Shown: positions 8,621-17,676 of the stretch, piece after piece
Position numbering within the stretch: position 1 is the stretch's first letter
How the letters are laid out: every line of letters begins with the position of its first letter
IMG/VR virus record: IMGVR_UViG_3300022700_000177
Span: 1-64,000 of that record
Reading direction: 5' to 3' (one strand)
Origin: a virus
Length of the DNA: 64,000 bases
Translations under genes and position numbers: made by a program
The notes under the pieces: generated by a model
The model's database searches: none
Told to the model about the DNA's origin: nothing
The model's input: the letters and a program-made list of their open reading frames with translations, nothing else

Positions 8621-8914
8621 ATGGGAGGAAGAGTTTGTGTGGGTTGTGGTAATGTGACAAATGACTTCCAAACCTGCGTTAAATGTAACGGTCAATATAT
8701 TTGTCCTAAATGTTCCTTTTGTAATTATTGTGGTCATGAAGATAAACACCTGTATTACATAAAAAGACAACTGCAAAGAAAAAGGGAATCAAAGGAAAAC
8801 AGAATTGAAGAATTAAAAAAAGGATACTATGTCAATTTGTTTGAATTAGCTACTTTAGAAAAACAAATAGAATTGCTTGAAAACATCTATTTTGAATTCC
8901 TTTACTATAAATAG
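8621..8914 (+). CDS. multi-CxxC Zn-finger protein
   Basis: four CxxC pairs; AAGGAGG RBS. Confidence 0.75.
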   Translation: MGGRVCVGCGNVTNDFQTCVKCNGQYICPKCSFCNYCGHEDKHLYYIKRQLQRKRESKENRIEELKKGYYVNLFELATLEKQIELLENIYFEFLYYK

Positions 8915-8922
8915 GGGTTTTT

Positions 8923-9129
8923 ATGATGACCAGAATTGAAAATGAGTTAAAAACAATTCAAGACAGTAGGGTTTTAAAGGAGGAACTCCATTGTTTCATG
9001 GATGAAATTCAAAATCATTACCTTCACATCAACGATGACCATATCTTTCTAATCTTTTTGGAATTTGTATTAGATAGGTGTAAAAAAGCTAAAAAGGAGG
9101 AGCTTAATGAACAAAGAGCAGGTAGTTAA
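8923..9129 (+). CDS. hypothetical protein
   Basis: ORF in operon. Confidence 0.65.
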   Translation: MMTRIENELKTIQDSRVLKEELHCFMDEIQNHYLHINDDHIFLIFLEFVLDRCKKAKKEELNEQRAGS

Positions 9130-9748
9130 AAAAATCCACAAGCTGTTAGCGTTGGCAAGCAACAATCCAGAGTCACACGAAGCTAAACTTGCTGGGGAAA
9201 AAGCTGCGGAGTTAATGGCTAAATACCAGATTGAAAGTATCAAGGCTGAGGGAGAGGATTCCAAAGTTTCTGAAGTTAGCACCTCAAGGTACAAAGCTAT
9301 GAATAGCTGGGAGGGGGTATTTCTTGTAAAAATCTGTGACATTTTTGAATGTCGGTGTCTTATCTCAGGGAACAGCTTTAGGATAATTGGAATGAAAGCG
9401 GATGCTGATCTTGCTTTATGGTATTTCGTTTTTATCCGCAGAACGATTATCCGACAATCAGAAGTGTACTCTAAGAAAAAGAAAGAACAGGATGACTTCT
9501 GTGTAGGAATGTCAATTCGTGTTACTGAGAGGTTGAATGAGATTTACAAAAAGAAGGAAGAACAGCAAGTAAAAGAGATGACTAAGGATCTTGTTGTTTT
9601 AAAGAAGGGCGAAGTTGATAATTATATGAAAAACAATTATAAATTGAAGAAAAATCATAGTAAAAGAAGAAGGACAGATGCTAAGGATTATTATGCTGGA
9701 TACAAAAAAGGTGATGACATTTCATTGAACAAACCAGTTGAAAAATAA
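9107..9748 (+). CDS. DUF2786-family protein
   Basis: KKIHKLLALAS..HEAKLA..KAAELMAKY N-terminus; YYAGYKKG near C-terminus. Confidence 0.75.
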   Translation: MNKEQVVKKIHKLLALASNNPESHEAKLAGEKAAELMAKYQIESIKAEGEDSKVSEVSTSRYKAMNSWEGVFLVKICDIFECRCLISGNSFRIIGMKADADLALWYFVFIRRTIIRQSEVYSKKKKEQDDFCVGMSIRVTERLNEIYKKKEEQQVKEMTKDLVVLKKGEVDNYMKNNYKLKKNHSKRRRTDAKDYYAGYKKGDDISLNKPVEK

Positions 9749-9807
9749 GGATGCTTTCACAGGGCCAGTGACTTCAAGTGTCATTGGCCCCATTGGAGGT
9801 AACCTTA
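9746..9807 (+). repeat. 3x4 internal-loop hairpin, copy 8
   Basis: taaggatgctttc-[aca]-gggccagtgac...gtcattggccc-[catt]-ggaggtaacctta. Confidence 0.8.
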
Positions 9808-9825
9808 ACCAAATTGGAGGTATTT

Positions 9826-10047
9826 ATGCCAAAAGCAGAAGTGTTTCATGGGCCAACGCTTATAACAACCCTTACATCAAAAACAGTAAAGGGGGTGTTT
9901 AACCAATGTCAAGGTTATTTTGGTCATTGTTTAGGTGCAACAAAAAACACTGAAGGAAGGAGAATAGGTTGGAAGTTCGCAAGATGCGGAACAAAAATGG
10001 AATGTGTAACTGAAATTTACAACGTTCGTTTATATGAGGAGGATTAG
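9826..10047 (+). CDS. hypothetical protein
   Basis: CAAATTGGAGGTA leader. Confidence 0.75.
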   Translation: MPKAEVFHGPTLITTLTSKTVKGVFNQCQGYFGHCLGATKNTEGRRIGWKFARCGTKMECVTEIYNVRLYEED

Positions 10048-10048
10048 T

Positions 10049-10417
10049 ATGCCAACTTATAAAAGGTCTTTGCAACTTCAAACCAGAGCAGTGAATGAGG
10101 TTAGAATGATCTATTCAATGGCGGTTACTTGCAAGGTAACACATTCAGAATTAACCAAACAAATTATGGAGGTTTACAATCACACCTTAAAAGAAGCACC
10201 GCAATGGGCGAGAGAGTATGTTCGTGGTTATGTTGCTTGTCTCTTGGATAGAATCCAAGAGGAGCATATGGAATTCTGCTATATTATCAAAGGGCATCGT
10301 TACAGTACCAGAAAAGACTCCCCTATCAATTACGAAAAACACCACATTCTCCCAAGTCAGCTTTCAGGCCAGCCAAACGGCTTTTATTGGAAAGACACAG
10401 ACAAACTTTTCTACTAA
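10049..10417 (+). CDS. hypothetical protein
   Basis: GAGGAGG RBS. Confidence 0.75.
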   Translation: MPTYKRSLQLQTRAVNEVRMIYSMAVTCKVTHSELTKQIMEVYNHTLKEAPQWAREYVRGYVACLLDRIQEEHMEFCYIIKGHRYSTRKDSPINYEKHHILPSQLSGQPNGFYWKDTDKLFY

Positions 10418-10440
10418 CCTTTAGCTGATTGGAGGTATTT

Positions 10441-11295
10441 ATGAGTTTCGTAGAAGCAATGGAAGAAAAAGCAAGGATCATTGATGGAGTCAGAGAAAGA
10501 TTCCCAGAAGTAGAATGGCCTACCCCTGTCAAGGAGCCTATTTGGACAGGGCGGTTTGACAAGAAGCCTATTGAAGGTTGGTATGCGTTAAGGGATCAAA
10601 ACAATCAAAATCTATTCCAGTTTGTGTCCGATGATTATGCTCTGGTGTTTAATGAAGAAATTGTGGACAAAGCTGTTACTGCTGTGGATGAACTTGGCGA
10701 TACTTTTGGAGAACCCAAATTCGCTTTCAAGTTCTTCAAAGATGGGGCGAGGTTTAAGCTAAACATCACATTCCCGGACGCTCAAAAGAATATAGCACTG
10801 AAAGATCCTGTTGCCCCAACATTGTCCCTTAAAAACTGCTATGACAAATCAAGGAAGTTCATCTTTGAACGTGGAGCAATGGAACTTGTGTGTACTAATG
10901 GGTTAGTCGTACCAAGATTTAAAGACATGATTCAAAAGAAACATATCGGAGACTTTGATGTTCCTGACATTAAACAGGAATTGGTTAATTTCATTGAGGG
11001 CTTTGATCACACAACAGCAATTTGGCAGAAGTGGACTCAAACAAAAATTGACAAGTTTCAGGTTGCTGAGATTTGGGAAGCGATGCCCTTCTCAGAGAAG
11101 GAACGAGAGAAAATTGAAGCGTTACCTCTCATTGGGGATGGCAAGACTTTGGGTAGCTCAACTGATGGTTCAGTACTGCTTTGGGATTTGAATCGTGCTA
11201 CCACTCAATACCTAACTCACGAAATGAAATCTTCAGTAAGGGCAGACGAAGCAGGCCCTATCATTGCCAACATTATTTCCAAGTATTCTAATTAG
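10441..11295 (+). CDS. DUF932/DUF945-like protein
   Basis: VSDDYALVFN, LKNCYD, LVCTNGLV, KH motifs. Confidence 0.75.
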   Translation: MSFVEAMEEKARIIDGVRERFPEVEWPTPVKEPIWTGRFDKKPIEGWYALRDQNNQNLFQFVSDDYALVFNEEIVDKAVTAVDELGDTFGEPKFAFKFFKDGARFKLNITFPDAQKNIALKDPVAPTLSLKNCYDKSRKFIFERGAMELVCTNGLVVPRFKDMIQKKHIGDFDVPDIKQELVNFIEGFDHTTAIWQKWTQTKIDKFQVAEIWEAMPFSEKEREKIEALPLIGDGKTLGSSTDGSVLLWDLNRATTQYLTHEMKSSVRADEAGPIIANIISKYSN

Positions 11296-11311
11296 TTATC
11301 AACTTAACAAC

Positions 11312-11335
11312 TGGGGGCTGAGAAGTCAGCCCCCA
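11312..11335 (+). other. GC-rich hairpin (possible terminator or processing signal)
   Basis: TGGGGGCTGA-gaag-TCAGCCCCCA; no + strand T tract. Confidence 0.5.
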
Positions 11336-11354
11336 TACAAAAAGGAGGTTCGAA

Positions 11355-11810
11355 TTGAGAAATCCATTTAAGAAGAAAAAACAAACACCAACAGAAAGGA
11401 AACAAAGTGAACCAGAGTTTGCAAAGCAGATGGCAGGGAAACTTCAGTTTGAAAAGTGGAAGATACTAAGAATACAAAGACCTTACGATCAACTTGAAGT
11501 CCTCATTGATGATTTTGATGCTCGATTTATTGATTGGGAATTTATCTATGGCAATGGATGGACTGCAAGAGTAACGGACTTTATCTACACCTTTGAGCAG
11601 TTGGAGAGAAAGAAGATACCGACAGCAGGAAATATTTGGACGTGTGAATGTAAAAGTAAATACCAGTTTGTTCATTCTGATTACATCAAAATATGCACTC
11701 GGTGTTTTGCAATTTTGGATGAAAAAGAGTACACTAAGAGACTCCCCTACATTGGAGATATACTCAAGGGATGGCGAAGATTTGCTGAACTTCCTAAATA
11801 TGTAAAATAA
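11355..11810 (+). CDS. hypothetical protein
   Basis: TTG start after AAGGAGG. Confidence 0.7.
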   Translation: MRNPFKKKKQTPTERKQSEPEFAKQMAGKLQFEKWKILRIQRPYDQLEVLIDDFDARFIDWEFIYGNGWTARVTDFIYTFEQLERKKIPTAGNIWTCECKSKYQFVHSDYIKICTRCFAILDEKEYTKRLPYIGDILKGWRRFAELPKYVK

Positions 11811-11861
11811 GGATACTTTAGGGGCAGAGAGTCATTCCCTGCCCCAATAAGTGGTCTTATT
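11806..11861 (+). repeat. 3x4 internal-loop hairpin, copy 9
   Basis: aataaggatact-[tta]-ggggcag...ctgcccc-[aata]-agtggtcttatt. Confidence 0.8.
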
Positions 11862-11886
11862 GTTTTAACCTAAAAAGGAGGTTTTT

Positions 11887-12204
11887 ATGAAGTACAATTA
11901 TCAGTTTGATTGTAGAGATCCTCTTATTCCTACAGAAGAAATGATTAAAGCTGTGGATGAAGCTACTGAAATTACATGGGAAACTTTTAGAAGAAATATA
12001 AACCTTGATGACCTGAAGGCTTTAATGCCCGGTCTTTATTCCTGGACAGGCAGGGGTTTACACATCAAAAATGACCCATGTGTTTCCTTTTGGAAAACAA
12101 AAATGAGGGGTTTTGTTTGTTATTTTATTTCATGGAGTTCTATAGAATTCTTTTTCACAACAAGGAGGATTTATGGCAAGGGTAAACGTATCAGTAAGGT
12201 TTAA
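11887..12204 (+). CDS. hypothetical protein
   Basis: AAGGAGG RBS. Confidence 0.75.
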   Translation: MKYNYQFDCRDPLIPTEEMIKAVDEATEITWETFRRNINLDDLKALMPGLYSWTGRGLHIKNDPCVSFWKTKMRGFVCYFISWSSIEFFFTTRRIYGKGKRISKV

Positions 12205-12382
12205 GTGCAGGGAAAAGAAAGAACAGGTGGACACTTTTGCAGGAAATTTTGAGGACATTGAATTTTATTACAACCACATAGAAGATAGATTATTTGCTGA
12301 AATTTCCGCTTTATGCCCTAAATGCGGAAAGATTCATGTGTTTAAAAAAGAGGTAAAACATATACAAGAAGCAATAAGGTAA
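12173..12382 (+). CDS. small Zn-ribbon protein
   Basis: CPKC..H; RBS. Confidence 0.7.
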   Translation: MARVNVSVRFKCREKKEQVDTFAGNFEDIEFYYNHIEDRLFAEISALCPKCGKIHVFKKEVKHIQEAIR

Positions 12383-12386
12383 TTTT

Positions 12387-12944
12387 ATGGCTACAAACAC
12401 AAGGTGGCTACTTCCAAACATAGTAATACCTAATTATTATTTTCAAGTCCATGACTGTGCAGCCCACCGATACAACCCACCTTGGTTCTTCAAATGGTTT
12501 CCAAGAAAGCCCTGTTTTTACTGTGATTCAGGTGTCATCGCTAATATACCGCACTACTCAAATAAAGTTATATACTTCAAATGGACTTACATTCAATTGA
12601 ATATTGACGCTGTTAGGGTTGGGGGAGTTCATGGATTAAACTTTGAAAAAGGCGACCCATTTAGGCTCCCCCTATATATCAGGAAGATTGTAAAAAAATT
12701 CCTGAACAGAGAAGACAAGTCAATAATGATGCTTGACATAGAAGAGTATGAGAGGCTTAGGAAAGAAGATTCCAGCCTTCCTCCCGCCCTAAAGACTGAA
12801 GAGCAGTTACTTGATGCAGTAAAAAATAGAGGCTACAGGGTTAAGGGTTATGAAGGGTTGAGAAATCGAGGGGAGAAAACAACTGAGGAGCTTTACAAAG
12901 AAACTATAGACCTCATAAAAAAAGAAGGAAAATGGGAGGAATAA
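12387..12944 (+). CDS. hypothetical protein
   Basis: ORF in operon. Confidence 0.7.
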   Translation: MATNTRWLLPNIVIPNYYFQVHDCAAHRYNPPWFFKWFPRKPCFYCDSGVIANIPHYSNKVIYFKWTYIQLNIDAVRVGGVHGLNFEKGDPFRLPLYIRKIVKKFLNREDKSIMMLDIEEYERLRKEDSSLPPALKTEEQLLDAVKNRGYRVKGYEGLRNRGEKTTEELYKETIDLIKKEGKWEE

Positions 12945-13420
12945 TGCAATTTTATGTGATTCACAAAGATCCTAGGAAGAACGCAGCATTTTTACCTGAC
13001 TACGCATTAAAAAGGGTTAACGTGCGAGAAGGCTATCAAATCCTAAGTGACATTGGACACTATTTTGGTGTTCATTGGGGAACACAAAATAAGCAGTACA
13101 ACTACAATCATCCTGCTGTGATGAGATGGTGTAAAGACGGTGAATCTTTTGACAGATTTGTGGATTATTATGAAGCTTGCCTGGATGCATATGAAAAAAG
13201 GTATAATAAGAAAACCGCGTTTCATATTGGATTTAGGGATTTTCTCCAAGGTTCCTTAAACGCTTACTCTCCATACAAATCAATCATGTTTTTAATCGAA
13301 CCTCGTATCTCCTGGGAACAACTTACAATTAGCTACCTCATGTCTGCAAAACGAGACAAACTTACAGAAGAAGAAACCAAAATTTTAGGTGAACTTTATC
13401 TACAAAAGGGGGGGTTATGA
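12944..13420 (+). CDS. pyrimidine-dimer DNA glycosylase / endonuclease V-like protein
   Basis: MQFYVIHKDP..A..LPD..K..E.YQIL..NHPAVMRW pattern. Confidence 0.55.
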   Translation: MQFYVIHKDPRKNAAFLPDYALKRVNVREGYQILSDIGHYFGVHWGTQNKQYNYNHPAVMRWCKDGESFDRFVDYYEACLDAYEKRYNKKTAFHIGFRDFLQGSLNAYSPYKSIMFLIEPRISWEQLTISYLMSAKRDKLTEEETKILGELYLQKGGL

Positions 13421-13770
13421 CTGACAAAGCATTACAACTGTATACCTTGAAAAAGGAAAAGGATGAACTTGAAAAGGAAATCAAAAAAATTCAAGAGGGG
13501 CTCATTGAAGAATGGAAAAATGAAAAGAGGATACCAATTGACGATTTAAGGTACTTTACTGTTATTGACAACACCGTATCAGTAATAAACAACTCCAGAC
13601 TTATTCAATCCATTGGTCAAACAAACTACAACAAGGTTTCTTCTGCAAAGAAATCAGCAATCCAAAAGCAGTTGGGTACTGGCAAAGTTACTGATCTTAT
13701 CAAGAAAGGCATAATCAAGATACAGGACAAAGGCAAGTATCTAAGGTTAGTTGAACAAAAGGGGGAGTAA
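13417..13770 (+). CDS. hypothetical protein
   Basis: coupled ORF, N-terminal coiled coil. Confidence 0.7.
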   Translation: MTDKALQLYTLKKEKDELEKEIKKIQEGLIEEWKNEKRIPIDDLRYFTVIDNTVSVINNSRLIQSIGQTNYNKVSSAKKSAIQKQLGTGKVTDLIKKGIIKIQDKGKYLRLVEQKGE

Positions 13771-14103
13771 ATGTATTGCAGGTATTGTGAAATTTATGCT
13801 CAGAGTAATAAGCGAAAAAAGGAAGAAAATATCCAATATCGACACTGTCCCATAAGAAAAACATTTGTTCATAAAATGGAAGTTGCTTGTGATTCCTTCA
13901 AGCGAAATAAGATTTTCTGGTGTGAAAATGACAGTAAATGGCTAACTTTTGAATCCTGTGTGAGCAGACAGAAAAGAAAGGATGAATGTTCTTCCAGATG
14001 CAGACAAAAAAGGGTTATTAACGACATAATGAAAAAGGAATTTTTTAGAGAAAAAAGGAGAAAGAGACTATCTAAAGGTACCTCTTTGAAAAGGAGAAAA
14101 TGA
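13771..14103 (+). CDS. Cys-rich basic protein
   Basis: eight Cys; ends in LKRRK. Confidence 0.7.
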   Translation: MYCRYCEIYAQSNKRKKEENIQYRHCPIRKTFVHKMEVACDSFKRNKIFWCENDSKWLTFESCVSRQKRKDECSSRCRQKRVINDIMKKEFFREKRRKRLSKGTSLKRRK

Positions 14104-14441
14104 TGTGGGATTCAATAGACTGTGCCCTAAACGCCTTCAATCCTGAAAACTACCTATCAATTCATGAATTTCCTAATATACTTAAAACCTCTGAAGAGGA
14201 GTCAATAGAAAATTCAATAGTTAATAAATTAGCATTTCTGGAGTCTATTGATGAGGATGCCTTATTCATTGTCAACCTCATAAAAGCAGACTTACCTGAA
14301 CTTTACAGTGATAAAACCGATAAGATTACAAAGTATATGCTGAGAAAATATCTAAAGAAAATGGGCTGGAGTGAAAGGAAAATATCCAGAATATTTTCAG
14401 AGTTAGGTAACCACTATAAAATGTGTTTCGAGGAGTACTGA
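14100..14441 (+). CDS. hypothetical protein, possible C-terminal HTH
   Basis: LRKYLKKMGWSERKISRIF. Confidence 0.6.
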   Translation: MMWDSIDCALNAFNPENYLSIHEFPNILKTSEEESIENSIVNKLAFLESIDEDALFIVNLIKADLPELYSDKTDKITKYMLRKYLKKMGWSERKISRIFSELGNHYKMCFEEY

Positions 14442-15811
14442 TGATTGTTGTATTAAAAATACTAAACTCCTGTATCACCGAGATAACCCCCAATGGTTAT
14501 AAGGTGTTAAAGGAAAAATTAGCGTTTGAGGATGTCTTTTATAAACCGACACCTTATGGTCCAAAGAAAGCTGTCCAGTATTATAAGACAATGGTTTCGA
14601 AATCCAAGAGTGGTTATTTCATACCTACGGGGCTTTTAATGCACGCAGTTGCAATCCTGGAGTCTGAAAAAATCAAGTATGAAATCATAGGTGAGCAAGA
14701 AAAACTTCCAGTAAAAAAGCCAAAGCTAAAAGGTATTACTTTTCGTGATGACCAGGAAAGAATGATAGACTCCGCTTTACAAAAACAAAGAGGAGTTTTG
14801 ATTGCACCTACAGGTACTGGCAAATCTATTCTTGCGTTGGGAATCATGTCAGCCCTGCCAAAGAAAGCGAAAATACTATTCCTTGCACACACAGTTGACC
14901 TCGTAAAACAATTCAAAGCCGATTGCGAAAAATATGGATTTGATACAGGACTTGTTCAGGGTCAGAGTAAAGACATTTCTAAACGAGTGACCTGTGCTAC
15001 AATTCAAACGATAAGCAAACTTGATTGGAGAGAAATTTCTGATCATTGGGACACTGTTCTCATAGACGAGTCCCATAAAGTAAGCTCTGTCAAGAACAGA
15101 TATTCAGACTTCCTACAAAGGCAGTTAGCCCCAATGAAAATTGGATTTACTGCTACTATTCCAAAAGAAGGGGAAGCAAGATGGTGTTCTGACGCTTTCA
15201 TAGGTCCCCCAATTGATGAAGTGACTATGGATGAAGGGGTTGAGAATGAAATGCTCACACCTCCAATTGTTAAAATCTTGACATACCAAAGGGTGCATGG
15301 AGATCCAAATATAAGACAGTATAAGGATTACTATAATACCTTCATTGTAAACAACCCAACAAGAAACAGATTGATTGTCAAAGCAGCAAAACATCACATA
15401 GACAAGGGCCAGTCTGTTCTTATCTTTGTTAGCAAGATTTCTCAAGGAGATATTTTACAACAATTGGCTAAAGATAAAGGCTTAACTGTCCCTTTCTACA
15501 GAGGCCAATCCCCAAGTGACGAAAGAGAAGACGCTTTGAAAAGAATGAAAAGTAAGGACATTCTTGCCTGTATATGTACCACAATTTGGAAAGAAGGTAT
15601 TAACATTCCGCCTTTGAATGTAATAATCAATGCTTCTGGTGGCAAATCTGACATTCAAACGATTCAAGTAATTGGAAGAGGCACAAGAAAATTTGAGGAT
15701 AAAGACAAACTGATCGTTTATGATTTTGTTGATCCATACAGGTATATTGCAGATCATTTTTGTTTGAGATTGCTTATGTACAAAAACTTAAAATGGGAGG
15801 TGAAGTTTTGA
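14441..15811 (+). CDS. superfamily 2 DNA helicase (UvsW/ResIII-like)
   Basis: APTGTGKS, DESH, TAT, EGINIP, QVIGRGTR motifs. Confidence 0.9.
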   Translation: MIVVLKILNSCITEITPNGYKVLKEKLAFEDVFYKPTPYGPKKAVQYYKTMVSKSKSGYFIPTGLLMHAVAILESEKIKYEIIGEQEKLPVKKPKLKGITFRDDQERMIDSALQKQRGVLIAPTGTGKSILALGIMSALPKKAKILFLAHTVDLVKQFKADCEKYGFDTGLVQGQSKDISKRVTCATIQTISKLDWREISDHWDTVLIDESHKVSSVKNRYSDFLQRQLAPMKIGFTATIPKEGEARWCSDAFIGPPIDEVTMDEGVENEMLTPPIVKILTYQRVHGDPNIRQYKDYYNTFIVNNPTRNRLIVKAAKHHIDKGQSVLIFVSKISQGDILQQLAKDKGLTVPFYRGQSPSDEREDALKRMKSKDILACICTTIWKEGINIPPLNVIINASGGKSDIQTIQVIGRGTRKFEDKDKLIVYDFVDPYRYIADHFCLRLLMYKNLKWEVKF

Positions 15812-16161
15812 CAGATTATCAAAAATACAGAGGTCGATGTAGGGAACTTGCTGAAAAAGAATGTGAAAACAACCCCAATCTTGAATTGATTAGAGGTTAC
15901 TATCATTGCCCTATTTGGGGCACACAACAACATTGGTGGTGTAAGAATAAAGTCACAAATGAAATAGTTGATCCCACAAAAAGACAATTCCCATCAAAAG
16001 GTGTTGGAGAATATGAAGAATTTAATGGTATGGTTACTTGTGCTGAATGTGGTAAAATGGAATATGAAAAAGTAGCAATGGAACAATGGCATATTATGGG
16101 AAACTATATATGCTGTTCTATGGAGTGTTGTGGGAAATTAGTCGGGGTACCAATAGGATAA
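15808..16161 (+). CDS. Cys-rich hypothetical protein
   Basis: TTG start after GGAGGTG; HWWC, VDPT, CAEC. Confidence 0.7.
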   Translation: MTDYQKYRGRCRELAEKECENNPNLELIRGYYHCPIWGTQQHWWCKNKVTNEIVDPTKRQFPSKGVGEYEEFNGMVTCAECGKMEYEKVAMEQWHIMGNYICCSMECCGKLVGVPIG

Positions 16162-16174
16162 AGGAGGTGAAGTT

Positions 16175-16483
16175 TTGAAAAGCAAGCATCCTGAAAAAGA
16201 AAAAGTATTTTTGGTTCGTAGGTGCATGAGGATGTTTAGAGACTTAAAACCTAATGAGAATACTGAATATATGTATGACGAACACATAATAAAACATCAG
16301 GGCACCCATATTAAAGTATTCCTAAGATATATGAAACTAATAGCAAAGAAATTTCAATGGGATAATTCTCAGTTGTTCAGTTTTATTGCTATCGCTGAAC
16401 GCATGGATGCATTTGATCAAGAGGAGATTGAAACCATAATAAACAGGCTGGATTATTCTAAAAATATAGAGGTTATTGTATGA
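16175..16483 (+). CDS. hypothetical protein
   Basis: AAGGAGGTG RBS. Confidence 0.7.
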   Translation: MKSKHPEKEKVFLVRRCMRMFRDLKPNENTEYMYDEHIIKHQGTHIKVFLRYMKLIAKKFQWDNSQLFSFIAIAERMDAFDQEEIETIINRLDYSKNIEVIV

Positions 16484-16743
16484 AATACCCAAGTTTGTGG
16501 ATAAAAATAAGACAAATAAACCCAATATTTCTTGCCAGAGAATGTCGCAAATGCGAAATGCTGGTAAAAAGAGAAACCTTATGGAAAACTTCAACAAATG
16601 ACGGTAATAATAGGAGAGCTGGACATTCTGGTAATGTTTACAGATACCCTGAATTTTATTGTTTTGACTGCTTCCCAACAAAAGAAAGTTTAACTGAATA
16701 TTTGTTGAAAGGGAGAGAAACTACAAAATATAGGTTTAAATGA
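16480..16743 (+). CDS. Zn-binding hypothetical protein
   Basis: CRKC/CFDC. Confidence 0.7.
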   Translation: MKYPSLWIKIRQINPIFLARECRKCEMLVKRETLWKTSTNDGNNRRAGHSGNVYRYPEFYCFDCFPTKESLTEYLLKGRETTKYRFK

Positions 16744-17645
16744 TGCAAGTAGATACCTTAGCACTACTTAGGGATCTAAATATTCCCTATAAAGAAACAG
16801 GTAAAAATGTGAGTAGTGGATGGGTTGGTGTGAATTGCCCATTTTGCACTGACCCATCATACCACATGGGAATCAACGTTGAAAACGCAACATTTTCTTG
16901 TTGGAGGTGTAGAGAACGGGGTTTTATTGTCAGATTTGTAGAAGAAATTTTGAATATCGACAACAAGGCCGCTTATGGCTATTGCTTGCAGTTCTCAGAT
17001 CGCCAGGAAGGCTTCTCCTTGAACCCACAATCACCCACAGAGTCTAAGCCTAACATAGATGCCATAACACTACCCGGAGAATCTCCTGGACCTAATTCCC
17101 AGAGTTTTAGATATTTGGAATCGAGAGGGCTCAATGCTGGGTTCGTTTCTGAATATTTTGAATTGCAGGAGACTGACTATAGTGACCCAGAGTTCAAATA
17201 TCGAATAATAATTCCAGTATATATCAAAAGAAAATTAGTTACTTTTTTAGGTAGAGATTATACTGACAAAGCAAACCTCAGGTACAAAAACTTATCAAAG
17301 GAAAAGTCAATCATTCCTGTGAAAAAAACAATACTGAACTATGACAAGATACAAAAGTCCTGCTTTATTACAGAGGGTCCTTTTGATGCGTTTGCATTAG
17401 GTGAAGATGCTACTTGCTTATTTGGATCGGAATATACAAAGGAACAAATTGAATTATTGTATAGCAAAGGTTTAGAAAGAGTGGTTGTTATTTATGATCC
17501 AGAAGCATTTCAAATAGGAGAACAATTAGCAAATGAGCTTGCAGGATTTGTACCAGATGTTAAAGAGGTTCAACTTGACCCAGGACAAGACCCAGGTAGT
17601 TTGCCAAGAAAAGAAGTATTCCAGATCAAGAGGTTACTTAGTTGA
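16740..17645 (+). CDS. DNA primase (Zn finger plus TOPRIM)
   Basis: CPFC..H..CWRC; YLESRG; ITEGPFDA; DPG. Confidence 0.9.
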   Translation: MMQVDTLALLRDLNIPYKETGKNVSSGWVGVNCPFCTDPSYHMGINVENATFSCWRCRERGFIVRFVEEILNIDNKAAYGYCLQFSDRQEGFSLNPQSPTESKPNIDAITLPGESPGPNSQSFRYLESRGLNAGFVSEYFELQETDYSDPEFKYRIIIPVYIKRKLVTFLGRDYTDKANLRYKNLSKEKSIIPVKKTILNYDKIQKSCFITEGPFDAFALGEDATCLFGSEYTKEQIELLYSKGLERVVVIYDPEAFQIGEQLANELAGFVPDVKEVQLDPGQDPGSLPRKEVFQIKRLLS

Positions 17646-17670
17646 CAAAACTAAATTTATTGTGTATCAT
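17642..17670 (+). promoter_or_regulatory. sigma70-type promoter firing into non-coding region
   Basis: TTGACA-17 bp-TATCAT. Confidence 0.75.
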
Positions 17671-17676
17671 AGATTC

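Noticed and set aside
506-11861. Hairpins as integron attC sites, K-turns or CRISPR repeats
   Set aside because: No consistent RYYYAAC/GTTRRRY ends and no integrase in the window; tandem GA pairs not conserved; sequences differ and are separated by whole genes
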